Below are positions 9,510-20,498 of a stretch of 55,008 bases of DNA, piece by piece. This stretch comes from Sphingomonadaceae bacterium (GTDB taxonomy: Bacteria > Chloroflexota > UBA6077). The stretch is from the NCBI GenBank assembly GCA_050261575.1, contig JBLNDL010000045.1:1-55008 (forward strand), read 5' to 3'. Position 1 is the first letter of the stretch. Each line of letters begins with the position of its first letter. The notes beneath the pieces were generated by a model, which was not told where the DNA came from, made no database searches, and was given only the letters and a program-made list of their open reading frames with translations. Made by a program: the position numbers and the translations under genes.

Positions 9510-10469
9510 CTACGTGGACGCGCGCTCTCGGCTCGTGGCGTCCAGATGGCGCGCCACGGCATCCGCCACACGACGCGGCAATCCCGGCCCCGCCTCCATC
9601 CACTGGATCTCAGGGTCCCGCCTGAACCAGGTGTACTGGCGCCGCACGAAGGCGTGGGTCGTCTCCTTCATCCGCCGCAGGGCGTCCGCCAGCCCCATGC
9701 GACCCTGCACGACCGCCACGGCCTCCCTGTAGACGAGCCCCTTGAGGGGCGGGAGGTTTGGGGAGAACCCCATCTCCAGCACAGACCGGGCCTCCTCGAT
9801 CAGCCCGGCCTCGATCTGCAGGTCGAGCCTGCGATCGATCCTTTCGTACAGCCTTGCCCGGTCGTCCGTTATCCCCAGCCGCAGCGCGGGCAGCGGCGCG
9901 CCTCGTCTCCTGCCCACCTGCGAGAAGGGTTCTCCTGTGACCTGGCACACCTCCAGCGCGCGGATGACCCTCCGGACGTTGGTGGGGGCGATCTGATCCG
10001 CCGCCGCGGGGTCCACCTCTCTCAGTCGTGCGTGGAGTGCATCCGCACCGTGGATGCGCGCGTACTCCTCCAGACGGCCACGCAACTCCGGTTGCGGGGG
10101 TACCGGCGGGATCTCAAGCCGCTCCACCACCGCCTGCACGTAGTGTGGGCTGCCCCCCACCAGGAACGCGACGCGACCCCGGCGCGCGATGTCCGTCAGG
10201 ACTCGATCGGCATCGCTCCGAAAGCTGGCCACGGAGTAGGGCTCGTCGGGCTCCACCAGGTCGAGCAGGTGGTGCGGGACCGCCTCCCGCTCGGCGACGG
10301 TCGGTTTGGCCGTGCCGATGTCCAGGTGCCGGTAGATCTGTCTGCTGTCGGCGCTGACGATCTCCGCGCCGAAGCGTGCGGCCAGCTCCAGGGCCACGGC
10401 CGACTTCCCGACTGCGGTGGGGCCGGTTATCACGATGATCGGAGGGAAGCTGTTCACTGGGTTCGACAC
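9510..10469 (-). CDS. miaA: tRNA dimethylallyltransferase
   Basis: GPTAVGKS, SADSRQIY, DIGTAKP, PHHLLD, RRVIRALEV, RRQYTWFR. Confidence 0.96.
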   Translation of the reverse strand: MSNPVNSFPPIIVITGPTAVGKSAVALELAARFGAEIVSADSRQIYRHLDIGTAKPTVAEREAVPHHLLDLVEPDEPYSVASFRSDADRVLTDIARRGRVAFLVGGSPHYVQAVVERLEIPPVPPQPELRGRLEEYARIHGADALHARLREVDPAAADQIAPTNVRRVIRALEVCQVTGEPFSQVGRRRGAPLPALRLGITDDRARLYERIDRRLDLQIEAGLIEEARSVLEMGFSPNLPPLKGLVYREAVAVVQGRMGLADALRRMKETTHAFVRRQYTWFRRDPEIQWMEAGPGLPRRVADAVARHLDATSRERAST

Positions 10470-10547
10470 TGGGATACCTCAGGATATTCTCCCACACCGC
10501 TGGCGTCGCTGTCACCTGTCACCGCGGCCGGCGCAGGGCTTTCTCGA

Positions 10548-10638
10548 TGCCACCCCGAGTCACGGGCGAAGGGTCTCAACGTGGCGATGCGGGTGCGTCC
10601 CCCAACGTGGAGACGCTCGGCTGCCGCTCAACAGGACA
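10548..10638. repeat. Degenerate TGTCATCCTGAGC..GCGAAGGATCTC-type paired repeat (REPIN/MITE-like)
   Basis: TGCCACCCCGAGTCACGGGCGAAGGGTCTC facing GAGACGCTCGGCTGCCGCTCAACAGGACA in inverted orientation. Confidence 0.5.
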
Positions 10639-10863
10639 GGTGTAGCGGGGCCTCGACGAGGGTCACGGCGTGTCTGGTACGGCGGGCTGGGCGACCTGTA
10701 GAGAGGCCTGACGACCGGCTTCTTAGCGAGGAGTGTAGAAGGGCGGGCCCGCAATGCCCTATCCTTTGCACGGGTGATGCACATTGGCTTCACCGGCCCA
10801 GCGGGTGCGTCCCGTTGTTCTACCGCGGATCTTGGGCAACAGTGTGGGGGAGGGCGTGGTGGC

Positions 10864-11826
10864 ATGACAAAAGAGGGCACCCTTCGGCACGTCATCGCGA
10901 TCGACGTGGGGGGTACGCGTTTCCGTGTCGCGCTTGCGACGGCGGAGGGAGCGATCGAGTGGAGGACCTCCAGGCCAACTGAAGCGGAACGTGGGCCCCA
11001 AGCGGTCCTCGGCAGCATCTTCGAGGCGGTGGACGAGGCCCTGGCCGTCCTGGGTGACCGGAGCGGACTGCTGGGCTTCGGAGTGGGAGTGCCCGGGCCC
11101 CTCGACCCCTGGGCCGGAGTGGTCCACAACCCGCCCAATCTGCCGGGCTGGGACTCCGTGCCCGTCAAGGATCTGTTCGAGGAGAGGTACGGCTTGCCGA
11201 CCCTGGTGGGCAACGACGCCAACCTGGCGGCCGTTGGGGAGCACGGCTTCGGCGCGGGCCGGAACTGCCGCAACATGGTGTACGTGACCGTGAGTACCGG
11301 AATCGGTGGTGGAGTGATCGCCGATGATAGGCTGCTGCTGGGGCACGGCGGCTACGCGGGCGAGATCGGCCACATGACCATCGACCTGCACGGCCCAGTG
11401 TGCCACTGCGGGAACCGGGGCTGCCTGGAGGTGTTGGCGTCGGGCACGGCCATCGCCAGGAGAGCGCGGGAGTTGCTCCGGTCGGGGGCGGAGAGCACGC
11501 TCAAGGGTCTTCCAGCGGAGGTGACCGCGAAGGACGTGGTGGAGGCCGCCGATCGGGGGGATGGGGTCGCCCGCCTGATCGTTCAGGAGGCGGCGGTTGC
11601 CCTCGGGGTTGGGATGGTCAACGTCGCTCACCTGTTCAATCCCAGGAGGATAATCATCGGCGGAGGTGTCAGCAACGCGGGACCGCTCCTGTGGGATCCC
11701 ATGCTGGAGACGGTTCGCACCCGGACGATGCCTCCCAACCAGCGCGACCTGGAGATCGTTCCCGCCGGGCTGGGCGACGATGCCGGCCTCCTGGGGGCCG
11801 TCGCGATGGTTACGCGGGCGCGGTAG
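10864..11826 (+). CDS. ROK family sugar kinase (glucokinase-like)
   Basis: AIDVGGT, GVPGP, NDANLAA, STGIGGG, GEIGH, CHCGNRGCLE; no N-terminal HTH. Confidence 0.92.
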   Translation: MTKEGTLRHVIAIDVGGTRFRVALATAEGAIEWRTSRPTEAERGPQAVLGSIFEAVDEALAVLGDRSGLLGFGVGVPGPLDPWAGVVHNPPNLPGWDSVPVKDLFEERYGLPTLVGNDANLAAVGEHGFGAGRNCRNMVYVTVSTGIGGGVIADDRLLLGHGGYAGEIGHMTIDLHGPVCHCGNRGCLEVLASGTAIARRARELLRSGAESTLKGLPAEVTAKDVVEAADRGDGVARLIVQEAAVALGVGMVNVAHLFNPRRIIIGGGVSNAGPLLWDPMLETVRTRTMPPNQRDLEIVPAGLGDDAGLLGAVAMVTRAR

Positions 11827-11863
11827 CTTGCGGAGAGACGTGGAGATCGGTTATCCTCCGCCC

Positions 11864-12883
11864 ATGACTTCCCTCGAGCGTTTGATCGACCTGATCGACC
11901 AGAGAACCGCCAGCTTGATGCCGCAAGCCGGCCTTGCCCGCCCGCTGTACGGGATGATGGAGTACCACCTGGGTTGGGTGGACGAGGAGCTCCATCCGGC
12001 CAGGTCCAATCCCGGCAAGCGGGTTCGCGCAAGGCTCTGCCTGCTGGCTTGCGGTGCGGCCGGCGTGTCGCCCGAGAGGGCGCTTGCCCCGGCGACCGCG
12101 GTGGAGTTGATCCACAACTTCTCCCTGATCCACGACGACATTCAGGACCGGTCTCGATACCGGCGGCACAGGCGGACGGTGTGGGACATCTGGGGAGAGG
12201 CACAGGCGATCAACGCTGGCGACGGCATGTTCGTGCTGGCTCAGTTGGCCTTGGCCGAGGACGAGGAGACCGATCCCAGCCTGGTGGTTCGGGCCCTGCG
12301 CGCGTTGAACTCCGCTGCGAGGCGGCTGTGTGAGGGGCAGTACCTGGACCTGAGCTACGAGACCCGTCCCGACGTGGGAATAGACGCCTACCTCGCGATG
12401 ATCGAGGGGAAGACGGCCGCCCTGCTGGAGGCCTCGTGCTATCTGGGCGCCCTGTACGGACTGGCGGACGAAGCTGCGCTGGAGGGCTACCGCGGCTTCG
12501 GCAGGTACCTCGGCCTGGCCTTCCAGATCCAGGACGACTACCTCGGCATATGGGGCGATCCGAGAGAGACTGGCAAGCCCGCGGCCGCCGACGTGGCCAG
12601 CAAGAAGAAGACCCTGCCCCTGCTGTACGCCCTGGAGCATGCCTCTGCGGAGGACGGGACTCGCCTCCAGGAGATCCTGTCCCGGCCGGGCGAGGCCGAC
12701 GAGACCGAGACGGCCGAGGTGATGGGGATACTGGAGCGGTGCGGCGCCGCGAGCTACACGGCGTCCGAGGTCGAGCGAACGAGCGAACTGGCCCTGGATG
12801 CGCTGGCGGCCGCAAGGCCCGAGCCGGCTTTCGGGGAGCAACTCCAGGCCCTGTGCAGGAAGCTTGTCATCCGGACCAGCTAG
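11864..12883 (+). CDS. Polyprenyl diphosphate synthase (GGPP synthase-like)
   Basis: GKRVR, HNFSLIHDDIQD (first Asp-rich motif), RRHR, GQYLD, KTAAL, FQIQDDYL (second Asp-rich motif); start could be GTG 11840. Confidence 0.93.
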   Translation: MTSLERLIDLIDQRTASLMPQAGLARPLYGMMEYHLGWVDEELHPARSNPGKRVRARLCLLACGAAGVSPERALAPATAVELIHNFSLIHDDIQDRSRYRRHRRTVWDIWGEAQAINAGDGMFVLAQLALAEDEETDPSLVVRALRALNSAARRLCEGQYLDLSYETRPDVGIDAYLAMIEGKTAALLEASCYLGALYGLADEAALEGYRGFGRYLGLAFQIQDDYLGIWGDPRETGKPAAADVASKKKTLPLLYALEHASAEDGTRLQEILSRPGEADETETAEVMGILERCGAASYTASEVERTSELALDALAAARPEPAFGEQLQALCRKLVIRTS

Positions 12884-12901
12884 CCACCGCTGCCGATCGC
12901 C

Positions 12902-14101
12902 CTACAGCAGCCTCGCGAACAGCTCGTTGCTGAGCAGCACCCCCTGTTCGGTCAGCCTGATCTGGTCTCCGCGCTGCTCAAGCAGCCCCCATCTGGCGCC
13001 CCATTCCAGAGCGTCACCGAAGAGCTCCGAGGGGTCCTGGCCGTGCCGCTGCCGCAGTTCCGGCAGGGATACCCCCTGCTCCAGCCGCAGCCCCAGGATG
13101 AGCGAGTCGCTCATAGCGCGACGGGCGTCGATTGCCTCCTCCTCCATGAGGGGCACTCTCCCCGCCGTCACCCCCTCGATGTACCCCTGGATGTCCGGGG
13201 CCACCTTGTAGCGGCGGCCGTTGTGGCAGCCGGCAGCACCGGCGCCGATTCCCAGATAGGGCCGGTTCCTCCAGTAGGTGAGGTTGTGTGCGGACTCGAA
13301 GCCCGGCCTCGCCCAGTTGGAGATCTCGTAGTGCCGGTAGCCCGCCCCACCCAGCAGCCGCCGAGCGGCGTCGTACATCTGCACCACCGTCTCGTCCGGC
13401 GGCACTCTGAGCGTGCCCTTCGACACCCCGTGCTCTAACGGGGTGCCCGCCTCCACGGTGAGGGCGTAGCAGGAGATGTGATCCACCCCCCAACCCACGG
13501 CGGCCCGCAGGGTGGCCTCCCACGTGGCCACCTCCTGGTATGGGACCCCGTAGAGCAGATCGACGCTGACGTTCTCGAACCCTGCCCCGCGGGCGTGCGC
13601 CACTGCCGCCTCGATCTCCTCCGGTTTATGTCGCCTTCCGAGCAGCCGTAGCAGCCGCGCGTCGGCGCTCTGGGCACCGAGGCTCAGCCGGTTGAAGCCC
13701 GCCAGCCGGAACCCCTCCAGCCGTTCACGAGACAGGCCGGAGGGGTTCGCCTCAATGGTAGTCTCGGCCTCGGCTGGCAGCCGGAAGCGACCCCGGCAGG
13801 CCCGAACGAGGTCCTCGGCCTGCGAGGGCGACATCAGGCTGGGGGTGCCACCGCCGACGTAGAGGCTGGTGGCTCGCATTGTCGGAGACCGGCGGATCTG
13901 CTCCACCACCGCCGCGACGTACGACCCCATCCGCCCCTCTTCGCCTGCAAAGGTGTCGAAGTCACAGTAGGTGCACAGGTGGGTGCAGAAGGGCACGTGC
14001 ACGTAGACGGCGGCATCCCCTTGGGGCGCCCCACCCGCTGCCTGGTCCGGTCCTGGCAGTTCCAGGTAACCGACGATGTCGCTCCGCCTGTTCCATCCCA
14101 T
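12902..14101 (-). CDS. hemW: Radical SAM heme chaperone HemW (HemN-like)
   Basis: YVHVPFCTHLCTYCDF, GGGTPS, EANP, RLSLGAQS, YEISNW, HNLTYW; start uncertain. Confidence 0.9.
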   Translation of the reverse strand: MGWNRRSDIVGYLELPGPDQAAGGAPQGDAAVYVHVPFCTHLCTYCDFDTFAGEEGRMGSYVAAVVEQIRRSPTMRATSLYVGGGTPSLMSPSQAEDLVRACRGRFRLPAEAETTIEANPSGLSRERLEGFRLAGFNRLSLGAQSADARLLRLLGRRHKPEEIEAAVAHARGAGFENVSVDLLYGVPYQEVATWEATLRAAVGWGVDHISCYALTVEAGTPLEHGVSKGTLRVPPDETVVQMYDAARRLLGGAGYRHYEISNWARPGFESAHNLTYWRNRPYLGIGAGAAGCHNGRRYKVAPDIQGYIEGVTAGRVPLMEEEAIDARRAMSDSLILGLRLEQGVSLPELRQRHGQDPSELFGDALEWGARWGLLEQRGDQIRLTEQGVLLSNELFARLL

Positions 14102-14166
14102 ACCGGAATCATAGCAGAAGCCCGCAGCGGACCCTCTGCGGAGTCCGAGCGAATCCGGAGGCGGAT

Positions 14167-14195
14167 TTGACGGTCAATAGCCCAAGTGGTACTGT
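14167..14195 (+). promoter_or_regulatory. Sigma70-type promoter of aspS
   Basis: TTGACG-17 nt-TACTGT with extended TG. Confidence 0.6.
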
Positions 14196-14267
14196 TTCCG
14201 TCTGTGAATCTCGCCTAGAAGACGGTCCGGGTGCGCGGGCCGAGGATGCAAAGGGGGCGTGGGGAGA

Positions 14268-16037
14268 GTGAAGCGAACAGCAACGTGCGGGCAGTTGAGA
14301 GCGGGCGACGAGGGGGCCACCGTCGTTCTTCAGGGTTGGGTGCATCGGCATAGGGATCACGGAGGCATCGTATTCATCGATCTCCGGGACCGGTACGGCA
14401 TCACTCAGGTGGTGGTGAATCCCCAAGTCTCTCAGGCCGCGCACGCGGTGGCTGCCGAGTGCCGCTCCGAGTACGTCATCGAGGTGGCGGGCAGGGTCAG
14501 CAGGCGCCCCCCAGCTACTGAGAACAAGGCCCTACCCACGGGTGAGATCGAGGTGGTGGCGGAATCGGTCGCCGTCTTGAACCCATCCCTCACTCCTCCC
14601 TTCAGCGTGTCCGACGAGGCAAGCGTCGACGAGGCGGTGCGGCTGCGCTACCGGTACGTGGATCTTCGCCGGCCGGAGATGGCTCGAAACCTCGTGCTGC
14701 GCCACAAGGTGATCAAGCACATTCGCGACTTCCTCGACGACCGGGGCTTCCTCGAGGTAGAGACCCCGATGTTGGTGAAGAGCACGCCGGAGGGCGCTCG
14801 GGACTACCTGGTGCCCAGCAGGGTGCATCCGGGTGAGTTCTACGCACTGCCGCAATCGCCGCAGCAGTTGAAGCAACTGCTGATGGTGGCGGGTGTGGAC
14901 AAGTACTTCCAGATCGCTCGCTGCTTCCGGGACGAGGATCTCAGGGCCGACCGCCAGCCGGAATTCACCCAACTCGATCTGGAGATGTCCTTTGTCGCCC
15001 AGGAGGACATCCTGGAGTTGATCGAAGAGCTGGTAATCAGCATGGTGGAGAAGCTGACGGCCAAGCGGCTCAACAAGCCCTTCCCGCGGCTGACCTACGC
15101 TGAGAGCCTGGCACGCTACGGCACCGACAAGCCGGACCTCCGCTTCGACATGCCGATGATCGACGTGTCCGACATAGCCGCCGCTACCGATTTCGAGGTG
15201 TTCAAGCGGGCGGTGGCCGAGGGTGGCCAGGTGAAGGCGATTCGGGCACAGGGAGCGGGTGGCTACAGCCGCAAGCAGCTCGACGAGCTGGTCAACGCGG
15301 CCCGCGGCTTCGGCGCCAAGGGACTCGCGTGGGCCGCCATGGACTCCGAGGGCGTGCGCTCGTCCTTCGCCAAGTTCCTCGCCGAGGGGCAGATGGCGGC
15401 CCTCAACGAGCGGATGGAGATGGGCGCTGGCGACCTGATGCTGGTCATCGCCGACAAGCCGGGCGTGGTGGCGGCCTCTCTGGGGGCGCTGCGGCTCGAG
15501 ATGGCGAAGCGCCTGGGATTGCTGGACGAGAACTACCTGGCGTGGGCGTGGGTTGTGGACTTCCCGCTGTTCGAGTGGAACGAGAACGAGCAGAGGTACG
15601 ATCCGACCCACCACCCCTTCACGGCGCCGAAGCCGGATGATCTGCACCTGCTGGACACCGACCCGTTGAAGGTGCGCGCCGACTGCTACGACCTGGTCTG
15701 CAACGGCATGGAGATCGGCAGCGGGAGCATCAGGATCCATCGGAGCGACGTTCAGGAGAAGGTCTTCGAGCTGCTGAACTACCCGCGAGAGGAGATCCGG
15801 AAGCGGTTCGGCCACATGCTGGAGGCGTTCCAGTACGGCGCGCCGCCGCACGGCGGGATCGCGCCGGGCATCGACCGGCTCGTGATGCTGCTGGCGGACG
15901 CGCGCAGCATCCGCGACGTGATCGCTTTCCCGAAGAACCAGGCAGCAGTCGACCTGATGATGAGCGCGCCGTCGCCGGTGGACGACCAGCAGCTACGCGA
16001 CCTGCACCTCGCCGTGCTCCCGCCGAAGAAGCAGTAG
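14268..16037 (+). CDS. aspS: Aspartate-tRNA ligase (possibly non-discriminating)
   Basis: [62 protein letters not shown] 14268. Confidence 0.97.
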   Translation: MKRTATCGQLRAGDEGATVVLQGWVHRHRDHGGIVFIDLRDRYGITQVVVNPQVSQAAHAVAAECRSEYVIEVAGRVSRRPPATENKALPTGEIEVVAESVAVLNPSLTPPFSVSDEASVDEAVRLRYRYVDLRRPEMARNLVLRHKVIKHIRDFLDDRGFLEVETPMLVKSTPEGARDYLVPSRVHPGEFYALPQSPQQLKQLLMVAGVDKYFQIARCFRDEDLRADRQPEFTQLDLEMSFVAQEDILELIEELVISMVEKLTAKRLNKPFPRLTYAESLARYGTDKPDLRFDMPMIDVSDIAAATDFEVFKRAVAEGGQVKAIRAQGAGGYSRKQLDELVNAARGFGAKGLAWAAMDSEGVRSSFAKFLAEGQMAALNERMEMGAGDLMLVIADKPGVVAASLGALRLEMAKRLGLLDENYLAWAWVVDFPLFEWNENEQRYDPTHHPFTAPKPDDLHLLDTDPLKVRADCYDLVCNGMEIGSGSIRIHRSDVQEKVFELLNYPREEIRKRFGHMLEAFQYGAPPHGGIAPGIDRLVMLLADARSIRDVIAFPKNQAAVDLMMSAPSPVDDQQLRDLHLAVLPPKKQ

Positions 16038-16043
16038 AAGCTT

Positions 16044-16090
16044 CCCGCTCCCTCTGGGGGAGCAACGATGCACCCCCCTGAGGGAGCGGG
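16044..16090. terminator. Hairpin between convergent aspS and the ABC operon
   Basis: CCCGCTCCCTCTGGGGG pairs with CCCCCCTGAGGGAGCGGG. Confidence 0.55.
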
Positions 16091-16099
16091 AGGAGCCGA

Positions 16100-17131
<1,032 letters not shown>

Positions 17132-17134
17132 CTC

Positions 17135-18157
17135 CTACGCCCCCTCACATCGGAAACAGCTCACCCGCTGGCGCTCGCTGACGGCTGCCAGTTGCGGCTC
17201 CCGTTGGTCGCAGGTACCTGGGATGGCCTCCGGGCAGCGGGGGTGGAACGGGCATCCCGTGGGTCTGTTGAAGGGGTGCGGGATGGATCCCGTGATCGTT
17301 GGGAGCTTGACCCGGGATTGCGACTTGATGCTGGGAATCGAGCGCAGGAGTGCCCTGGTATAGGGATGGCACGGGGAGTGGAAGATGTCGTCCACCGGCC
17401 CCTCCTCCACGACGCGGCCGAGGTACATCACCACCACGTCGTCGGCCATCTCGGCGATCACTCCCAGGTTGTGGGTGATGAGCTGGATGGCCATCCCGTT
17501 CTGTTCCTGCAGATGGCGTAGCAGGTCCAGGATCTGGGCCTGGGTGGTCACGTCCAGGGCGGTGGTCGGCTCGTCGGCTATCAGGAGCCTCGGGTTGCAG
17601 GAGAGGGCCATGGCGATCATGGCCCTCTGCCGCAGGCCACCGCTCAACTCGAACGCGTACTCGTCCACCCTCCGCTCCGGTTTGGGGATCCCCACCTGCC
17701 GAAGCATCTCGATCGCCCTCTCCCGAGCCTCTTGCTTGCTCATTTTGTGGTGGAGCCGGATGGCCTCCACGATCTGGCTGCCGACGGTGTGGACTGGGCT
17801 GAACGAGGTCATCGGTTCCTGGAACACCAGGCCGATCTCGGCGCCCCGGATCTCTCGCATCTCTTTGCCGTTGGGGTCCAGCCTGGTGAGGTCGACCTCG
17901 ACTTCATCCCCGTTGGCGTGGTCCTTCCTGGCGAGGAGTATCTTGCCGTCCACTATCCTGCCGGGCTTCTCCACGATGCGCAGGATCGAGCGGGCGGTCA
18001 CGCTCTTGCCGCAGCCGCTCTCGCCCACGACGCCAAGGGTCTGGCCCGGGTAGATCTCGAATGTGGCGCCGTCGACGGCCTTGGTGATGCCCTCGTCGGC
18101 GAAGAAGTACGTCTTGAGCTCGCATACCGACAGCAGCGGCCTACGTCCGTTCTTCAT
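17135..18157 (-). CDS. Peptide/nickel-family ABC transporter ATPase (OppD/DppD-like)
   Basis: GESGCGKSVT, LSGGLRQR, ADEPTTALDVT, GCPFHPRC; ATG 18157 after GGAGG. Confidence 0.95.
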   Translation of the reverse strand: MKNGRRPLLSVCELKTYFFADEGITKAVDGATFEIYPGQTLGVVGESGCGKSVTARSILRIVEKPGRIVDGKILLARKDHANGDEVEVDLTRLDPNGKEMREIRGAEIGLVFQEPMTSFSPVHTVGSQIVEAIRLHHKMSKQEARERAIEMLRQVGIPKPERRVDEYAFELSGGLRQRAMIAMALSCNPRLLIADEPTTALDVTTQAQILDLLRHLQEQNGMAIQLITHNLGVIAEMADDVVVMYLGRVVEEGPVDDIFHSPCHPYTRALLRSIPSIKSQSRVKLPTITGSIPHPFNRPTGCPFHPRCPEAIPGTCDQREPQLAAVSERQRVSCFRCEGA

Positions 18158-18167
18158 TGGCCGCCTC

Positions 18168-19319
18168 CTACACGCCGTATGGGTCGGCGGCGTCTCGGAG
18201 GCCGTCGCCCATGAAGTTGAATGCCAGGATGGCAACGATGACGGGGATCACCGGGATCAGCAGCCAGGGGGAGATCGCCAGGGACTGGACGTTTTGAGCC
18301 TGCTGGAGCAGCACCCCCCAACTGATGGCCGGCGGCCGCAGGCCGAGGCCGAGGAAGCTCAAGGATGTCTCGCTGATGATCATGGCCGGAAGGGCCAGGG
18401 TCGTGGCGGCGATGATGTGACTGAGGAAGGATGGCACCATGTGGCGGAAGATGATGCGCATTCGGCCGCAGCCGGCGAGTTCCGCCGCCATGATGAAGTC
18501 CTCCTCGCGCAGAGAGAGGAATCGACCCCTGACCACCCTGGCGAGCTCGGTCCAACCGATCAGGGAGATGATGATGGTGATGGCGAAGTAGACCTTGACG
18601 ATGTCCCAGTCGTTGGGCAGTGCGGCCGCGAGGCCCATCCAGAGGGGGATGGTGGGGACGGAGCGGAGGATCTCGATGATGCGCTGGATGAGCGTATCGA
18701 TGACGCCCCCGTAGAAGCCAGAGAGCCCGCCCAGCAGCACCCCGAGGAAGAGGCTGATGGCCACGCTGACCAGGCCGATGCTCAGGGAGGTCTGGGTGCC
18801 GTACATCAGGCGGGACCACATATCTCGGCCTTGGAGGTCTGTACCGAGGATGAAGAGGGAGTCCTCGGCCCTCGCGCTCTCCACGCCCAGCAGGTGAATG
18901 TTGGTGGTGAAGAGTCCCAACGCCTTGTACTCGAAGCCCGGGGCGAAGAAGCGGATGGGGATCTTCTGGTTGGGGTCGGGGGCGTAGACGCGCTTGAATG
19001 TGATCGGGTCACGCTTGCCCGTGAGCGCGTAGACGTGGGGGCTGAAACGGCCCTCGTCGAACCAGTGGATCGGCTGAGGCGGCAGCAGCGAACGCTGGGC
19101 CTCGGAGAAGGAGGGGTCGGAGTATGCGAGGAACTCCGCCGAGATCACGACGAGGTAGAAGAAAAGGATCACGATGCTTCCGATCATGGCAAGCTTGTGT
19201 TTGCGGAAGCGCCACCACATCAGTTGCCACTGGCTGGCCACCGATATCCGCTCTTCCGCCGCGGTGGTGACGAGGCCGTTCGCTGAAGCTTCTTCCTGAG
19301 GAGCCACTACCTCGGCCAT
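18168..19319 (-). CDS. ABC transporter permease (OppC/DppC-like)
   Basis: WWRFRKHKLA, LGTDLQGRD, EAA-loop-like FIMAAELAG, ETSLSFLGLG, GDGLRDAADP. Confidence 0.93.
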   Translation of the reverse strand: MAEVVAPQEEASANGLVTTAAEERISVASQWQLMWWRFRKHKLAMIGSIVILFFYLVVISAEFLAYSDPSFSEAQRSLLPPQPIHWFDEGRFSPHVYALTGKRDPITFKRVYAPDPNQKIPIRFFAPGFEYKALGLFTTNIHLLGVESARAEDSLFILGTDLQGRDMWSRLMYGTQTSLSIGLVSVAISLFLGVLLGGLSGFYGGVIDTLIQRIIEILRSVPTIPLWMGLAAALPNDWDIVKVYFAITIIISLIGWTELARVVRGRFLSLREEDFIMAAELAGCGRMRIIFRHMVPSFLSHIIAATTLALPAMIISETSLSFLGLGLRPPAISWGVLLQQAQNVQSLAISPWLLIPVIPVIVAILAFNFMGDGLRDAADPYGV

Positions 19320-20308
19320 CACTTCCCCTCCACACGAATCCGAGGATCGATCCACATCAGCAACAGGTCCGAGATGAAGGTCCCGATCACGGTCATGACG
19401 CCGAGCATCAGGACGATGGTGCCGGCCAGGAACATGTCCTGGGCGATGAGTGCCTTGAGCAGGAGGGGTCCAACCGTGGGGAGGCTGAGCACCAGGGAGA
19501 CGATGATGCTGCCGGACACCACGTAGGGGAAGAGGTAGCCGATGGTGCTTGCGAAGGGGTTGAGCGCCACCCTGACGGGGTACTTGAGGATGGCCCTCCG
19601 CTCGGAGAGGCCCTTGGCTCTGGCGGTGACCACGTAGGGCTTGCGGATCTCGTCGAGCAGGTTGGCACGCATGATCCGGATCATCTGGGCCGTGCCGGAG
19701 AGGCCGAGGACGATGGCCGGTATCGGCAGGTGCTGCACCAGGTCCCAGACCTTGGCGAGACTCCACGGGGCCTCGGCGAACTCGGTCGAGAAGAGCCCTC
19801 CGACGCTGGCGTTGAAGTAGGCGAAGCCGATGTACATGACGATCAGTGCCAGCATGAAGCCCGGAGTGGCGAGACCGAAGAAGCCGATGAAGGTGAAGAC
19901 GTAGTCAGCAACAGAGTACTGTCGGACTGCGGAGTAGATCCCGATGGGGAGCGCAACCGCCCAGGTGAAGAGGATGGCGGCCAGGGAGATGACGATGGTG
20001 AGGGCGAGCCGGTCCCCGATCACCTCCATCACGGGACGCCCCCACTCCATGGCCATACCGAAATTGCCCTGGGCGATCAGCCCCATCCACTTCAGGTACT
20101 GGACGTGGATCGGCTGGTCGAGCCCGTATTGCAGCCGGAGCGCCTCGGCCTCGGCCTCGGAGACCATGCTGCCGGAGGCCGACATCTGCGCGATGTAGGA
20201 GGTGACGTAGTCACCCGGCGGCAGCTGGATGATCGCAAAGGAGAGGACGCTCACCGCCAACGTCGTGAGGATTGCCAAGATCAGGCGCTGAACTATGTAT
20301 GCTAGCAC
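19319..20308 (-). CDS. ABC transporter permease (OppB/DppB-like)
   Basis: LPPGD, YGLDQP, YVVTARAKGL, DPRIR. Confidence 0.95.
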   Translation of the reverse strand: MLAYIVQRLILAILTTLAVSVLSFAIIQLPPGDYVTSYIAQMSASGSMVSEAEAEALRLQYGLDQPIHVQYLKWMGLIAQGNFGMAMEWGRPVMEVIGDRLALTIVISLAAILFTWAVALPIGIYSAVRQYSVADYVFTFIGFFGLATPGFMLALIVMYIGFAYFNASVGGLFSTEFAEAPWSLAKVWDLVQHLPIPAIVLGLSGTAQMIRIMRANLLDEIRKPYVVTARAKGLSERRAILKYPVRVALNPFASTIGYLFPYVVSGSIIVSLVLSLPTVGPLLLKALIAQDMFLAGTIVLMLGVMTVIGTFISDLLLMWIDPRIRVEGK

Positions 20309-20445
20309 TGGTCTGCCCTCTCAGCCAAAGAGTCTAGGTAAGGGAGATGCTGCTCCCCGTTTCGTCGTTCAAGTCTCCACTTCCACGGAGGTCGGTGCCT
20401 CCGGCGATGGCGGCAACCCGTGCGCCGCAGCCGCGGGACTGGGGC

Positions 20446-20485
20446 CGGTGCCCGACTCCCCGCCCGGGCGGAGAGTCGGGCACCG
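20446..20485. terminator. Long stem-loop between solute-binding protein and permease genes (mRNA stabiliser or partial terminator)
   Basis: CGGTGCCCGACTC-CCCGCCCGGGCGGA-GAGTCGGGCACCG near-perfect palindrome. Confidence 0.6.
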
Positions 20486-20498
20486 ATGAACGGTGGCA

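Noticed and set aside
14100..14267. T-box upstream of aspS
   Set aside because: The leader is only about 65 nt after the predicted promoter and lacks the T-box bulge.
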